DNA of 64,000 bases from Lytechinus pictus. Taxonomy: Eukaryota. The first letter of the stretch is position 1. Every line of letters begins with the position of its first letter. The translations under genes were made by a program, and so were the position numbers. The notes below the pieces were generated by a model, which saw nothing but the letters and a program-made list of their open reading frames with translations, searched no databases and was not told the origin of the DNA. Of this stretch, positions 37,901 to 49,144 are shown in pieces. The stretch spans positions 12,712,001 to 12,776,000 of the forward strand of contig NC_087245.1 in NCBI RefSeq assembly GCF_037042905.1. The letters are read 5' to 3'.

Positions 37901-39349
37901 TATTTTGTTCTTTATAATATTTCCTAACATTTTGTACTAAAAATTGATGAAACTTCGCTTGTAATTTTTTCCAAATGACTTTCTAAAATTGATCGTCCGG
38001 ACACACAACAACTGGGTATAACAAGCGAATTAAGGTCACACCAAAAAAGGCTCAGGGCAATGCCAGTCCAGCGGCACTGCAATGGAGGAGCTAGGAGGAG
38101 AGCACCCAAGGGTTCATTACATGCCGCCGCGCACAGAAAAATCAAGCCATAGAAGTCGTGTGTTGTGGACACCAGAACAGAAGTGAGATCCCCGCACTCG
38201 CGACCCACTACTGCACTAGTTAGAAATCCACTGCCAAACGCAGTTCATGGTGTGACTGTGAGGTTAGTAGGCCTCACTCCTAGTACCAATGAGGTCCAAA
38301 CATTAACATGTATGGACCTCATAGGCGACAATGCGTTAAAAACAGGTTAGAACTTCTAAACGTACTGTTTCCTGCACCCAAGTATGATATTACTCCCAAA
38401 ATATGAGTTTTGTCCTCGTTTGTTTATCATTTATTAAAAGATTGCCCATTAAATATATTCCTATTCCTAATTTGAATTTAATAAAATAAAGGGAAACTTA
38501 GTTACATTTGAGTCATTTTTCGATCTTTTTTTGGCAGTCAGTCCGGTCACCGTCGAGTGCGATCAAAGCGGTATGAAGCTGATTTTCAGATCACGTGATA
38601 CGTGTGGTCATCACCTGATCAATCGACTATCCTTTTTTAAAGACCGCAACAATTATAAATTTTATTATAAAATATATATAGAATGAATAATTGCATGATA
38701 TTATATATATTTCTACAATTAAAAATATTTTGTGATATGAATTTAATATTTGACGTAAAAATCGCTATTTAACAAAATATTTATTAAAAATAAAAAATCA
38801 AACAAAATAAAAACGCCTTGGACACAGTGCAAAAAACCTAACAATTTGGCCGCGTTCTTAACAACTATCGTAAGGGGCGCTCTATTTATAAATAAAGTTG
38901 CATATGTAGCTGTCTACCGCGACAGGAACAGCCGCAGAATTGAAGCCAGAAGCGTGGGAAATTGCCAGAAAATTCAAGAAAAGAACCGGTGAGTACCGAT
39001 TTAACAGTACTAATTTATTAAGTAACATTTATTGAATCATTACAAGATTTATTTTTTAGTAAAACAAAGCTTAGTTCTAAGCTAGGGCGGCCCAAATGCG
39101 CGTGAGTGGAGTCCCAGTTTATTAGCACGGGTAAGTATTGGGGTGTCGCCTAGAGTGAGTAGGCCTATACTAACCTCGCAATATGTGTGAGTGGGAGGAG
39201 AGAATACTCACCGCAGTCATGTCAGGGTTTCTGTCTTTGAATTTTCCTGTATTGCTAGCAGTTACAGCCTCACTTTCTTGCGAATTTGGAGTTGGAGGCG
39301 TTTGTCGAAGAATGCCGCCATTTGAAGGTGGAGTAGCAACAGTGGCCAT
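28170..39349 (-). CDS. EFHB: EF-hand domain-containing family member B (FAP21/CFAP21-like), 9 coding exons, 595 aa
   Basis: Exons 39212-39349, 34833-34892, 33268-33411, 32814-32994, 32011-32251, 30439-30745, 29672-30014, 29040-29221 and 28170-28361 sum to 1788 nt in one frame with GT-AG introns. Two EF-hands ([24 protein letters not shown]) and EFHB-type motifs ([25 protein letters not shown]). Confidence 0.9.
29040..29221 (-). CDS. EFHB: EFHB exon 8
   Basis: aaaag acceptor, gtaagt donor, [12 protein letters not shown]...PREPEQ. Confidence 0.9.
29672..30014 (-). CDS. EFHB: EFHB exon 7 (EF-hand pair)
   Basis: accag acceptor, gtacgc donor, [11 protein letters not shown]...[13 protein letters not shown]. 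Confidence 0.92.
30439..30745 (-). CDS. EFHB: EFHB exon 6
   Basis: tacag acceptor, gtacga donor, [17 protein letters not shown]...AAFNHYDK. Confidence 0.9.
30822..31440. mobile_element. piggyBac-like MITE
   Basis: TTAA|ACCTAAAAGGACTGGG ... CCCAGTCCTTTTAGGG|TTAC. Confidence 0.7.
32011..32251 (-). CDS. EFHB: EFHB exon 5
   Basis: attag acceptor, gtaagt donor, [11 protein letters not shown]...RNDQ. Confidence 0.9.
32814..32994 (-). CDS. EFHB: EFHB exon 4
   Basis: ctcag acceptor, gtaaat donor, [10 protein letters not shown]...PNIF. Confidence 0.9.
33268..33411 (-). CDS. EFHB: EFHB exon 3 ([11 protein letters not shown]...GSLK)
   Basis: gtag acceptor, gtatgt donor, 144 nt. Confidence 0.88.
34833..34892 (-). 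CDS. EFHB: EFHB exon 2 ([20 protein letters not shown])
   Basis: Poly-T + cag acceptor, gtaagt donor, 60 nt. Confidence 0.85.
34948..35502. mobile_element. Poly-G/poly-C-ended MITE
   Basis: CCGGG(n)AGCACTC...TAGTGGGTATATGCCGCGG / CCGCGGCACATACCCACTA...GAGTGC(n)GG, with TSD (G)TCTAGAT. Confidence 0.85.
36070..36560 (-). pseudogene. Possible decayed hAT transposase C-terminal (dimerisation domain) relic
   Basis: Interrupted peptides IDAEVKRW and YLPIDTA...[12 protein letters not shown] loosely resemble the LPVSTA...RLNxLM pattern. Judged by eye only. Confidence 0.3.
36753..38041. repeat. Large imperfect inverted repeat (arms ~36753-37190 and ~37675-38041)
   Basis: GTGTGACCTTAATTCG / CGAATTAAGGTCACAC ends, with ~400 bp of arm pairing. 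Confidence 0.85.
38860..38988 (+). promoter_or_regulatory. Second candidate + strand first exon inside EFHB intron 1
   Basis: AT-rich tract, E-box ATCACGTGAT (38590-38599), CpG-containing core and a CCG|GTGAGT donor at 38989. Confidence 0.35.
39212..39349 (-). CDS. EFHB: EFHB coding exon 1 (MATVATPPS...[12 protein letters not shown])
   Basis: ATG in aaaATGG context, gtgagt donor, 46 codons. Too short for the ORF track. Confidence 0.8.
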
Positions 39350-40079
39350 TTTATTGAAAATACCCTTTATCGTACTTTAAGGTGTGATCTCTGCTTGTAT
39401 TGTTTACTGGTGAGGTCGTAGACCCAAAACTTAGTCAGGCCAGCAGGCTTGATGATTGATCTGCTCTCAGCTCAGTCTCACACTCACAGTCACACAACAC
39501 AGGCGGCCGACGGCACACTGACCGAAAGAGCGCCCCGAAGTCCAGGCGTGGATTATCTTCAAACTGCGGTGCGATCGAAAGCACTCCTAAGCTAACAACA
39601 AGTTTCCAAATTTATATTTTTGGGGTTGTAAGTTTGAATTTTCAATGCACAAAAGAGAATATAATAAACAACGAGACCTAAATTTTGAGCAAATCTATAT
39701 TTTTCGCTTAAAATAATTCAAAACGAAGTTTCTAAACCATCTTTACAAGTTCACAACATCAACAGTTGCAGATCTAGCTGACTACCGGGGTCGCTACATA
39801 CATGCACCATATTTATTTTGGTATAATGTTGCCAAGGCTCTTTCATAAATATTTGTCTTAAATAAAAAAAAAGTATAAGTTACGATAAAAAATTTACATT
39901 AAAAAAGTATTTGAATAATATTAACAACATAATACATTATTTATAAATGTAGATTATAGGTATTCATATTTATCATTAGCATAAAAACTGACACATATAA
40001 TACACTAAGGAATATTAAAAATACATAACATCTCGTTTACACGACACATTATTTTCTCGTAAATCCCGTGAAACCTCGT

Positions 40080-40191
40080 GATATGACGTAATGCAGGTGG
40101 GGTTTCACGATTGCGCACAAGGGCTTACATCTTCCTGTTGAGATAAAAATATCATAGTAAGACCTAAAACAACCCAAATATTCGACGTTTG
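40080..40191 (+). promoter_or_regulatory. Candidate Rab5 core promoter and non-coding exon 1
   Basis: AT-rich tract followed by TGACGTAA (40084), ETS-like CTTCCT (40131) and a G|GTAAG donor at 40192. The Rab5 ATG exon has an acceptor, so an upstream exon is required. Confidence 0.5.
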
Positions 40192-40617
40192 GTAAGAAAA
40201 TTTGATATTTCATACGAGGTAATGTATTGTGAAATAATGAAAATTTTTGAAAATATTAATATGATTAGTGTGCAACAAACATAAACGCAAAGAAAGTACT
40301 ATGACTTAGGGGGTGTCGCCGAGTCGTCTAACTTTTGCCATAGCCGGCATAGGCTTTTATACATGGAAATTCGTACGCCGTGAAATAACTGTTGACGTTC
40401 ATCGACCCGGCAGGACCGGGTACGCGCCGGCGGGGCCGGGGTCACGAACAGGTATGGGACCGGACCAGACGTGTTCGTTGCAACTGCCGCTAATTGTAGC
40501 TATGCAGTGCTGCGCGATTGTTAAGTTATGCTCATAATTAATGGTTGGCATAGCTGTAACGTAACTAGGCACCGTAATCTACCCTGTGAGTCAGAGTGCG
40601 TGTGATTTTGACAATTG

Positions 40618-40878
40618 TATACCCAGTTGTTGTGTGTCCATGGTGTCCGGACAGGTTGTGTGTCCGGACGATCAATTTTAGAAAGTCATTTGGAAAAAAT
40701 TACAAGCGAAGTTTCATCAATTTTAATTTTAGTACAAAAGGTTAGAAAATATTATAAAGAACAAAATAGAAGATGATTACAAAATATTGAATTTCATATT
40801 TTTAGTGTAATCCCAAGACAAAAAAGAAGGCTTAGTTCAAAAAGATAAACTGTCCGGACACCCGACCCCCCATCCTAC
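40618..40878 (+). repeat. Free-standing copy of the ~255-bp module found in both arms of the 36753-38041 repeat
   Basis: TATACCCAGTTGTTGTGTGTCC...GGACACCCGACCCCCCATCCTAC with unrelated flanks. Confidence 0.85.
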
Positions 40879-43486
40879 TTGTACTTGTAATGAGTGATGT
40901 AGTTGTAGGCCTACGGCTAGGCCTACTTGTAATTGTATTGTAATTGTATGGTTCCCCCAAGTCTGCGCAGTCCCCCTTGTCTGCGCACACGCGTATCTGC
41001 GCCGAGTGCGCGATTCTAATAAAAGAAGATACATAACGAGCACGAACTTTATGCATGCAATACATAGACAGGTATTCATAAAAAAATCTGACTCAAAATG
41101 GTGGAAAAATAATGACTTTAGGCCATTTCATGTGACGGCCTCAAAATGCAGCCTTTCTCATCAAAATCCCCGAATCGTGTGCAAAGTGAATGCGTGCGCA
41201 GACATGGGGTATCATTTTTTTTTTAATCTGAAAGTGAAAATGACTGCCCGAGGTTTTTTCAAGAAAATCCTATATTTTCTTTCATTTTTTAATGAGAAAT
41301 TTGGTACACTTACTCTTAATAATGTAAAGAACATTATTAATTGAAAGATTTTGTGAAATAAGAAGAAATTCATGTAAAATCTTAAATCAAATTGTTAGGT
41401 GCGCAGACTTAAGTTGGGGCCCACCATCATAAAGTTAGTTGTACCTCGGGCTCGGCTCAGGCGAAGTTCGTGCAGGCTCCACTTCACTACCGCTACACTA
41501 CACTCCACCTACCCTAACTTTGGGACGGTGAACTCGATCGGATATTCCGAGTGACAAAGGTGGGATCAAAAAGTGGTTTATTGTAAAAATTAAAGAAAAA
41601 TATATAACGAGAAAGAAAAATAGCTTAATTTCTTACTCTTCACCCTTATTTCACTCCATGTCCATCCTCCTAGTGCTGTAGCTCGTTTCCTTCAACTCGG
41701 TCCGAACCCGGCTCGTAAATCTTATCAGAATCATAGCTCGACCCGGAAAGACCCGGCAACCCGGACCAGCTAAAATTGATTTATGTCCATGCAAAAAAAA
41801 TGTTATGACCTACTTGACTCTTATCTGTGATCGACATCACCTTCTGACCTTGTTCTCAAAAGATGATACAAACCCCCAAAAAATGTTATTCACTGTTTAT
41901 ATTATCCAGTAGTAATGTAGAGAGGGGATTGAGACGATACAAGGCCAACTCGCAATCCCTCACATGCTTATCATCAGTGCAGCGGTCAACAGCACGAGTC
42001 TGTGCACCGCTAGTGATTTACTATGAAACATGTGCCTGGAAATGATTTTTTGCGTGTGTGTGCATAGGTCCATGGTGTGTGAAATCGAGAGGCAGATTAC
42101 AAACCACATCGTTTATTATGTTATCATTCTGGTGACCCAAGTGTCAAACAGGCTCTCACAGAGATTGTTTCTGTCTACTATAGGGTAGATTTTTTGGAGG
42201 GGTAGAGGTGGCAGAAAGAGTTAATTTCTGAGCTTATTTCATTCTTCATATTTGCTTTGAAGCAATAGAATATTTTACTCAAACTATTTTTTGTGCATGA
42301 TTTATTTTTATCTGTCTTATTCTACATGTAGCTTTCAGCTACCAGTAATAATATTTTTTGTGTGATAGGCCTATTGATGAAGACGAATAATCTGAAAAAA
42401 TTACTCTCTTAGGAAAAAGGTGTATTCCCCTTTTATTTAAAAAAATGAATTAAAATACATTTTTATTTCATATTAAAATATCAGTCCAATATTATCCCAA
42501 CCCCATATCATCCATTTAGTCATCTCATCTCTTCATCTCACACATTTTTTTTTTGGTTTGCTCTTGTACCCCCCCCCCTTCTCTCTCTCTCCTATAACTG
42601 CACCCTCCTCTTCTCATCCGTCTCCGTCCAACCTCTTTAATGTCTCCTTTAAATGGGAATTAAAATGTTTTGCTCCCAGCTGAGCTATTATTTTCGGCTC
42701 ACCGACTTTGGAATATGTCAACACGACAGGGTTTTTTATTTAGGGGGAGGGGGGGCTTTTATGGTTAGCAGAAAAAAACTGATATAAAAGATATCTCAAT
42801 AAACCGGACAGATTATTTTACCAAAAAAAGGAGAAATATTCTGCATGTCATCACAGTCATATCTAAAGGAAAACTTGAGTTATGATCATGCCTAATGGAC
42901 CAACTGGCCTTTACCTGTAAACAAATTGGACATTCTCACCCAGTGAATATTACTCTCAGCCAATCACATGACCAGTCACATGATATCACATGGCAGCAGC
43001 ACTGTGTGCATGTGCGTCCTTAGCCGGCTAGCTATAAGATCGTCTCGATCTCTCACACACAAGGCCATGACTCAGGAGGTCTGATCGTACACATCAATCA
43101 AAATCATGATGGGGAAAGAATGAAAATAAGGTAGGGATGCTTGGCCTTTGACCTGTCCCCTCGACCATCACACTAGGTGGATGGATTGCTTGTTAAAAAC
43201 AGTTTCATGACTTTTATTGCGGTGACAAATGACACCTCAAATATTATCAAACCATCCGGGGTTTATTTACCGAGATTGAGGGATTCAAAGTGAAACCCGA
43301 GCCGGACAATGCAAACTCCGCAGGATTCAGTCCGGTAAACAATCCGAGCTACAGCACTACATCCTCCGGTCATCCTCAAAATTAGTGATTTTGGGCCAGT
43401 ATCAAATTCCTCACACGTATTATTCACGGCGGATTTCAAAACATTGCATGCGATCGGTCGCAGGCCAAACAGCATGAATATTTATA

Positions 43487-43662
43487 CAAGGCTCCACATT
43501 AACTTTTTTTGGTGGTGGCCCATTCGGGCCACCAAAACCTTCAAATAATTTTTTTTGGTGGCCTGATATTAAAGTTTGGTGGCCCGAAAAATATAAAGAA
43601 AAACATTAATTAAAAATGAATAAAACAAACTTCTGAAATATTAATCCTGCAGCCACTACCAC
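43487..43662 (+). mobile_element. hAT-like MITE left-end fragment
   Basis: CAAGGCTCCACATTAAC terminus; matches window positions 1-165. Confidence 0.65.
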
Positions 43663-45011
43663 TAATCTCACCAATCTCATCAAGTTTAGAGGCGGCGTGT
43701 AATGAACCCTTGAGTGCATCCTTACAGACATCTTTACCAGTCGCCATATATTGCAATTTGTGCCGCTGCTTTGTGCTTGTCTATGTGCGTGCGTTCAGAA
43801 CTTGTCGCTCCCATTGATTCGCCAGGATATCGAAAATTCTAATCGGAAAGCCTTCATAAAAGCCTAACTAAACGAGCGTAGAGGGCAGCAACACGCGGCT
43901 GCCAGTTTTTCCTCTCCGGCAATAAATTAAAAAAAATAAGCAATAAATAATCGGTAACATATATTTTCGATATTTTCTTGGAATGTGCACAGTATCAAAA
44001 GAAAGATTAGAGTCTAACGAAATTAGTGGGCCATCGTTCAAGAGAATATAATATCATTTAGACCTAAAAGTAAAACAAAAATAAAAATCTGGACAAAACA
44101 CTATAGGCCCAAATTGGGCGACGTGATAACACATTTGGGCTCGCACTAACGAACTACCGTCGATGAATGGGTATGATAGTAAAATGTCAGAAATTGTTAA
44201 ATAAATCCCCAGAAATGACGGTTATTCCTGTATAGTCCACGCCCAGCAATGGCTGCCATTGCATAAATAATGGAATGCTGAGTCTAGCGCTAATGCAGTT
44301 TAGCAACAGCCGACGAGTCTAAATTACATTTCGAGGTCAATAAACAATATGCCCAATGCTTTTATCACAATCGAAAATGGCTGTATATTGGCTCCGATCT
44401 CGATGTTATCGTTCAAATTCTCACTTTACAGACATCGCTTGGCTTCGCTGCCTTGGCTGAAGTTGAAGACCAAAGCCTTGCCTGTGGCAGCTCACCAGTT
44501 CACTGCATGATTTTGGTCACTAACTTCTGTCCATATCCACTCAAGGGTTCATTACATGCCGCCGTGCACGAAAAATCAAGCCACAGAAGGCTTGAGTTGT
44601 GGACACCAGTACCTCAGTGATGTTCGTGTAGGCTCCACTTCACTACCGCTCCACTACGCTAGACCTACCCGAACATCAAGGTGGTGAACTTGCTCTGATA
44701 CTCCGAGTGACCACGTGACAAAGGTTGGATCTTATGGGGGGGGGGGGTAATATAAAACTCATGCACCAACAAGATTTTAAAAAGAATAAAAAACTTATCT
44801 TCCTACTTTTCATTCTAATCTCACTCCATATCCATCCTCCTGTTAGTCTCAAAATTGGTGATTTAGAGCCAGTATAGGATTCCAAAACATCGCAAACGCA
44901 AATTGTGCATGCGTGGAAATTGCAGCTCAGATTATGAATATTCATGATAGGACTATAGATAGGGATTGTTTGCACAGATCTCGATCTATAGTCCTACCAT
45001 GAATATTCATA

Positions 45012-45990
45012 ATATCTCAGATTACTAAACGGACGATCAAGAACATTTTCGAATTGTTTTGAGCTGCTAACAAGTGAAAATGTATTTGATATATCTTCAG
45101 TTATGAACTCCCATTCTCCAAATAGAATTATAAGTGACGCATTATTCAGACAACTGGGAAAGGAAAATAAAACAGATTAGAAGTTGTAAATATCTCAGAC
45201 TACTAAACGGACGATCAGGAACATTTTTAAATTGTTTTGAGGTGCTAACAAATAAAAATACATTTTATATACTTTTCGTTATGAACTCTGGTTCTCCATA
45301 AATGACGCATAATTCAGACAACTGCGGAAAGGAAAATAAAATAGAATTTAAGTCGTAAATATCTCTGATTACCAAACGGACGATGAGGAACATTTTCGAA
45401 TTGTTTTGAGCTGCTAACAAGTGAAAATGTATTTGATATATCTTCAGTTATGAACTCCCATTCTCCAAATAGAATTATAAGTGATGCATTATTCAGACAA
45501 CTGGGAAAGGAAAATAAAACAGATTAGAAGTTGTAAATATCTCAGACTACTAAACGGACGATCAGGAACATTTTTAAATTGTTTTGAGGTGCTAACAAAT
45601 AAAAATACATTTTATATACTTTTCGTTATGAACTCTGGTTCTCCATAAATGACGCATAATTCAGACAACTGCGGAAAGGAAAATAAAATAGAATTTAAGT
45701 CGTAAATATCTCTGATTACTAAACGGATGATGAGGAACATTTCAAAATTGTTTTGAGGTGCTAACAAGAAAAAATATATTCTATATACCTTTTGTGATGA
45801 ACTCCCGTTCTCCAAAAATGAATATAAGTGACGCATTATTCAGACAACGGCGAAAAGGAAAATGAAATAAAACAAGTCACAAGCATTTCAGATTAATGAA
45901 CGATAGATTGGGAATATTTTAGAATTGTTTTCGGGTACGAATGGCTTAGATTTTGTTTTATATATATATACATTTCGTTATGAACTTTGT
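45012..45990. repeat. Tandem array of alternating 178/169-bp monomers (347-bp higher-order unit)
   Basis: ATATCTC(A/T)GA monomer starts at 45012, 45190, 45359, 45537, 45706, with a degenerate sixth near 45885. Confidence 0.9.
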
Positions 45991-46748
45991 CATGCCCGTT
46001 CTCTGAGAAGAAATATAAAGGACGCATTTTCTCGACATCGTCGGAAAGGAAAATAAAAATTAATAGATGTCACGGCGATCTCAAATTAATTGCACAATCT
46101 ACATGTGTATCAGGAAGTGTTTTGAAATTGCTTCGACTTCGAAACTGTTTAAATATTGCGCCAAGAGTTATTTCAAATGGCCACCGATCATACCGATACA
46201 TTTTGTATGATCGGTAATCGGCATGAAATGGCCGGTTAGCTGTGATTAGATCGTTACCGGCTGCCGATGAAGGGTTACAGGGTTACTCTCAAACTATATT
46301 CTGTACAATACAGTGCAATGTAAAAATCTGCTAAACAAAACTCTTTTTGTATAGCAGTCTTTAAAAAATGTGGAGCAGATTGGAATTCATTACCAGGAAA
46401 ATGTATGTTCATGACAGATTACAAAATGTTTAAAGGGGTACTCCAGGCTGACAAGAATATGATTGGAACAGATAAAGACAAATCAGACAAACAAAACACT
46501 GAAAATCTGATCAAAATCAGACAAGGAATGGCAAAGTTATGGCATTTTCAAGATTTTCTTTATTTTGGTGAAAAATTTCTCGGCATGTTTTCATGAATAT
46601 TCAAAGAGCAAACTGATTGTCATGTCCCCATTTGTTCTTTTGTATTTTATTACATGAAATTATGTCAATTCAATTTTTTTTCTCCAACAACTAAAGATAT
46701 TGGATTGACAACTGATTTAATGCATTAAATATTCATTGCTGCAACTTA

Positions 46749-47250
46749 GGGTGTGTTCAGTGTTGATTTTCAAATTCAGACAGCATCAGGAATCATGATT
46801 GAAAACTCAGTTGCAGAACCCAAACACGATCAGCGGTGCACTGTTCAGTGTCGAAAATATAAAGCTGATTATTTGTTGATCATCTTTAGATTTCTTGCTT
46901 TCGTTAAAGCAGCTTTATCGTGCGCAGTTTGACCCATCACAAGAAAGGTCAATTCTTGCACCTGCTTGTGTAGGCTTCCACTGCAAGAGCAAATGTAAAG
47001 ACATTTCAAAACTAAATCGTGTTCAATGTCGCGTTCACGATGCTTAAGGTTGTCAAATTTGAGCTGATCGCGCCTACAAACGCATCATTTTGACGTTTAA
47101 ATTTTCCTTCAATTCATGATTTAAAAGACATTTACTTTTATGACTGGGAATGAAGGACATTGAACAGACCCTTTGCTTCTCATTATATGCGTTTTGTAAT
47201 CATGTTTTCAATCATGATTCAGTTTTCCGTTAAAATTTGGAAACTCACCC
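46749..47250. mobile_element. Harbinger-like MITE (nested)
   Basis: TTA|GGGTGTGTTC ... GAAACTCACCC|TTA, with internal inverted GAATCATGATTGAAAAC. Confidence 0.75.
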
Positions 47251-47325
47251 TTATGAGGGAGACAGATCATTCATACATGCATGAAAAAATGAAATAGATA
47301 TGATTTCATACAATAACATAAGAAA

Positions 47326-49144
47326 AACTAGAACTGCAATCGTTTCATTACGATGTGCATGCATTGACGTGTCTGATTTAGAGGTCAAGTCTACCTCATA
47401 GAAATTTTGATTTGAATCAATAGGGAAAAATCAGACAAGCACAATGCTGAAAATTTCATCAAAATCGGATGTAAAAAAAGAAAGTTATGACATTTCAAAG
47501 TTTCGCTTATTTTTAACAAAAGAGTTATATGAACGAGCCAGTTACATCCAAATGAGAGAGATGATGATGTCACTCACTCAAAATGGTGCATGCACTGTCA
47601 TGCATGAATGATTTTAGAAAATGAAATAAGAGGTACACAATAATGCATCATGGACAACATGTCTACCAAATCGGAATGAATTTGGATGAGGAGCGGAGGC
47701 AGGGGAAGACTAACAAAAATTACATGTTAATCAAAGTGGATTTTGGTACATTTTGCCCTCCATAGGAAGTTACATTCTCAAGTCAAAAGGATTTCGTCCA
47801 TTGGGCCATTTTTAGACCATATGGCCGCTCAAAAAAAAGAGAGAGAAGGGAGAGAAAGACACAGAGAGTAATATGAATACGCATACACATTTCCCTGACA
47901 GTTCATTAACGTAACTCAGTGTAAAGTACATAGCAGAACGATGTGCATGCATAATACGTTATGCCATAGACATTGTGTACAATTCTGTTGTTGATAATGT
48001 GTGCACTGTGAGTAGTAAACCATGTGTTCAGATTGGCTTATCTTGAAATTTTCTGTTGTAACCTATGTCGTATTTGGTATCACTGGATAGGGCATTCCAA
48101 TGCGGTGACATTGATACCACTTTTATTTTTGCGCAAGCAATAGACCGGAAGTAAATGCCATATAAAGAAAGACATTAAAAATGACAGTTTTGCACAATAA
48201 TTTTAAGCTGACGTGAGCTCTATGTCAGTTTCTGTCATAAAAGGTTGACGAACGGTTAAAGTATATATCAATACTCATATCTGCCAAGTTAGAAAGGATA
48301 AGCTTCAATAATAAGGAAATAAGAGCAAGTTGAAGTTGTGCTGGCATTATAGTGCATTTTTGCGTATTTTGCTGATTTTCGGGAGCATTTTTCAGATATT
48401 TCGTCAGCTGTAAGGTATATATTTATCTAAATGGCATGAATGGGCATATCTTGAACACCCTAAATCTAAAAAAGGGTACGGGTTTGGCCATGCATGACGC
48501 AATGAGGAGCATTCAAAGATAAGCGTTTTTGAAACTTTAGAGGGCGCTTTTTCAATGCCGGAAGGTCGATGATGTGTGAAAACTAAGTCGTATGTATGAT
48601 ATGTTGCCAGTATCAATTCCTGAAAATATCAACTCGAATTGAATAAAAAGAAAAAAGTTATGGCCATTTTACGATTATTTGACTTTACGTTTCAATAAAT
48701 ATGAAGTTTTTGAAGGAAGGCTATTTCGGATTTGAATTTAGGGCATGAAGATGGCATTTTGAAGGTCAGGTTATACGTCGCAAATGATGGAGCAACTCTT
48801 TGACTATCTATAGCAATTTGTTAGAAGTCTGTAACATGCAGGATGCGGGAGTTAGGACGATATAAGTAATGGTATGCAAATGGACTTGAAATTTACAAAA
48901 TGGCGCCTGGATGGTCATGCATGAGTGATTTTGGAAAATGGAAGACGAGGTGCACAACTAGGGATGCTTGACGACATGTCTACAAAGTTTGGATGAATTT
49001 GGATGAGGGACGGAGTCAGGGTAGAGCTAACAAAAACCATGTGTTAAACAAATGGGATTTTGTGGAAGAAGAAGAAGAAGAAGACGACGGAATAGGAATA
49101 CGGAACAAGAACAATGCATTGTCGCCATTGGGCGTCAATGCAAT
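47326..49144 (-). mobile_element. Helentron/Helitron-like non-autonomous element (nested)
   Basis: On the - strand: 5' hairpin ATTGCATTGACGCC-caat-GGCGACAATGCA, (TTC)n microsatellite, 3' subTIR GTCAATGCA, hairpin ATCGTAATGAAACGAT and CTAG|TT end. No TSD. Confidence 0.75.

Noticed and set aside
38824..38840. CACAGTG next to CAAAAAACC resembling a recombination signal
   Set aside because: No 12/23-bp spacer; most likely chance.
39820..39845. RFX X-box for the ciliary gene EFHB (GTTGCCAAGG)
   Set aside because: Only a half-site match; too weak to call.
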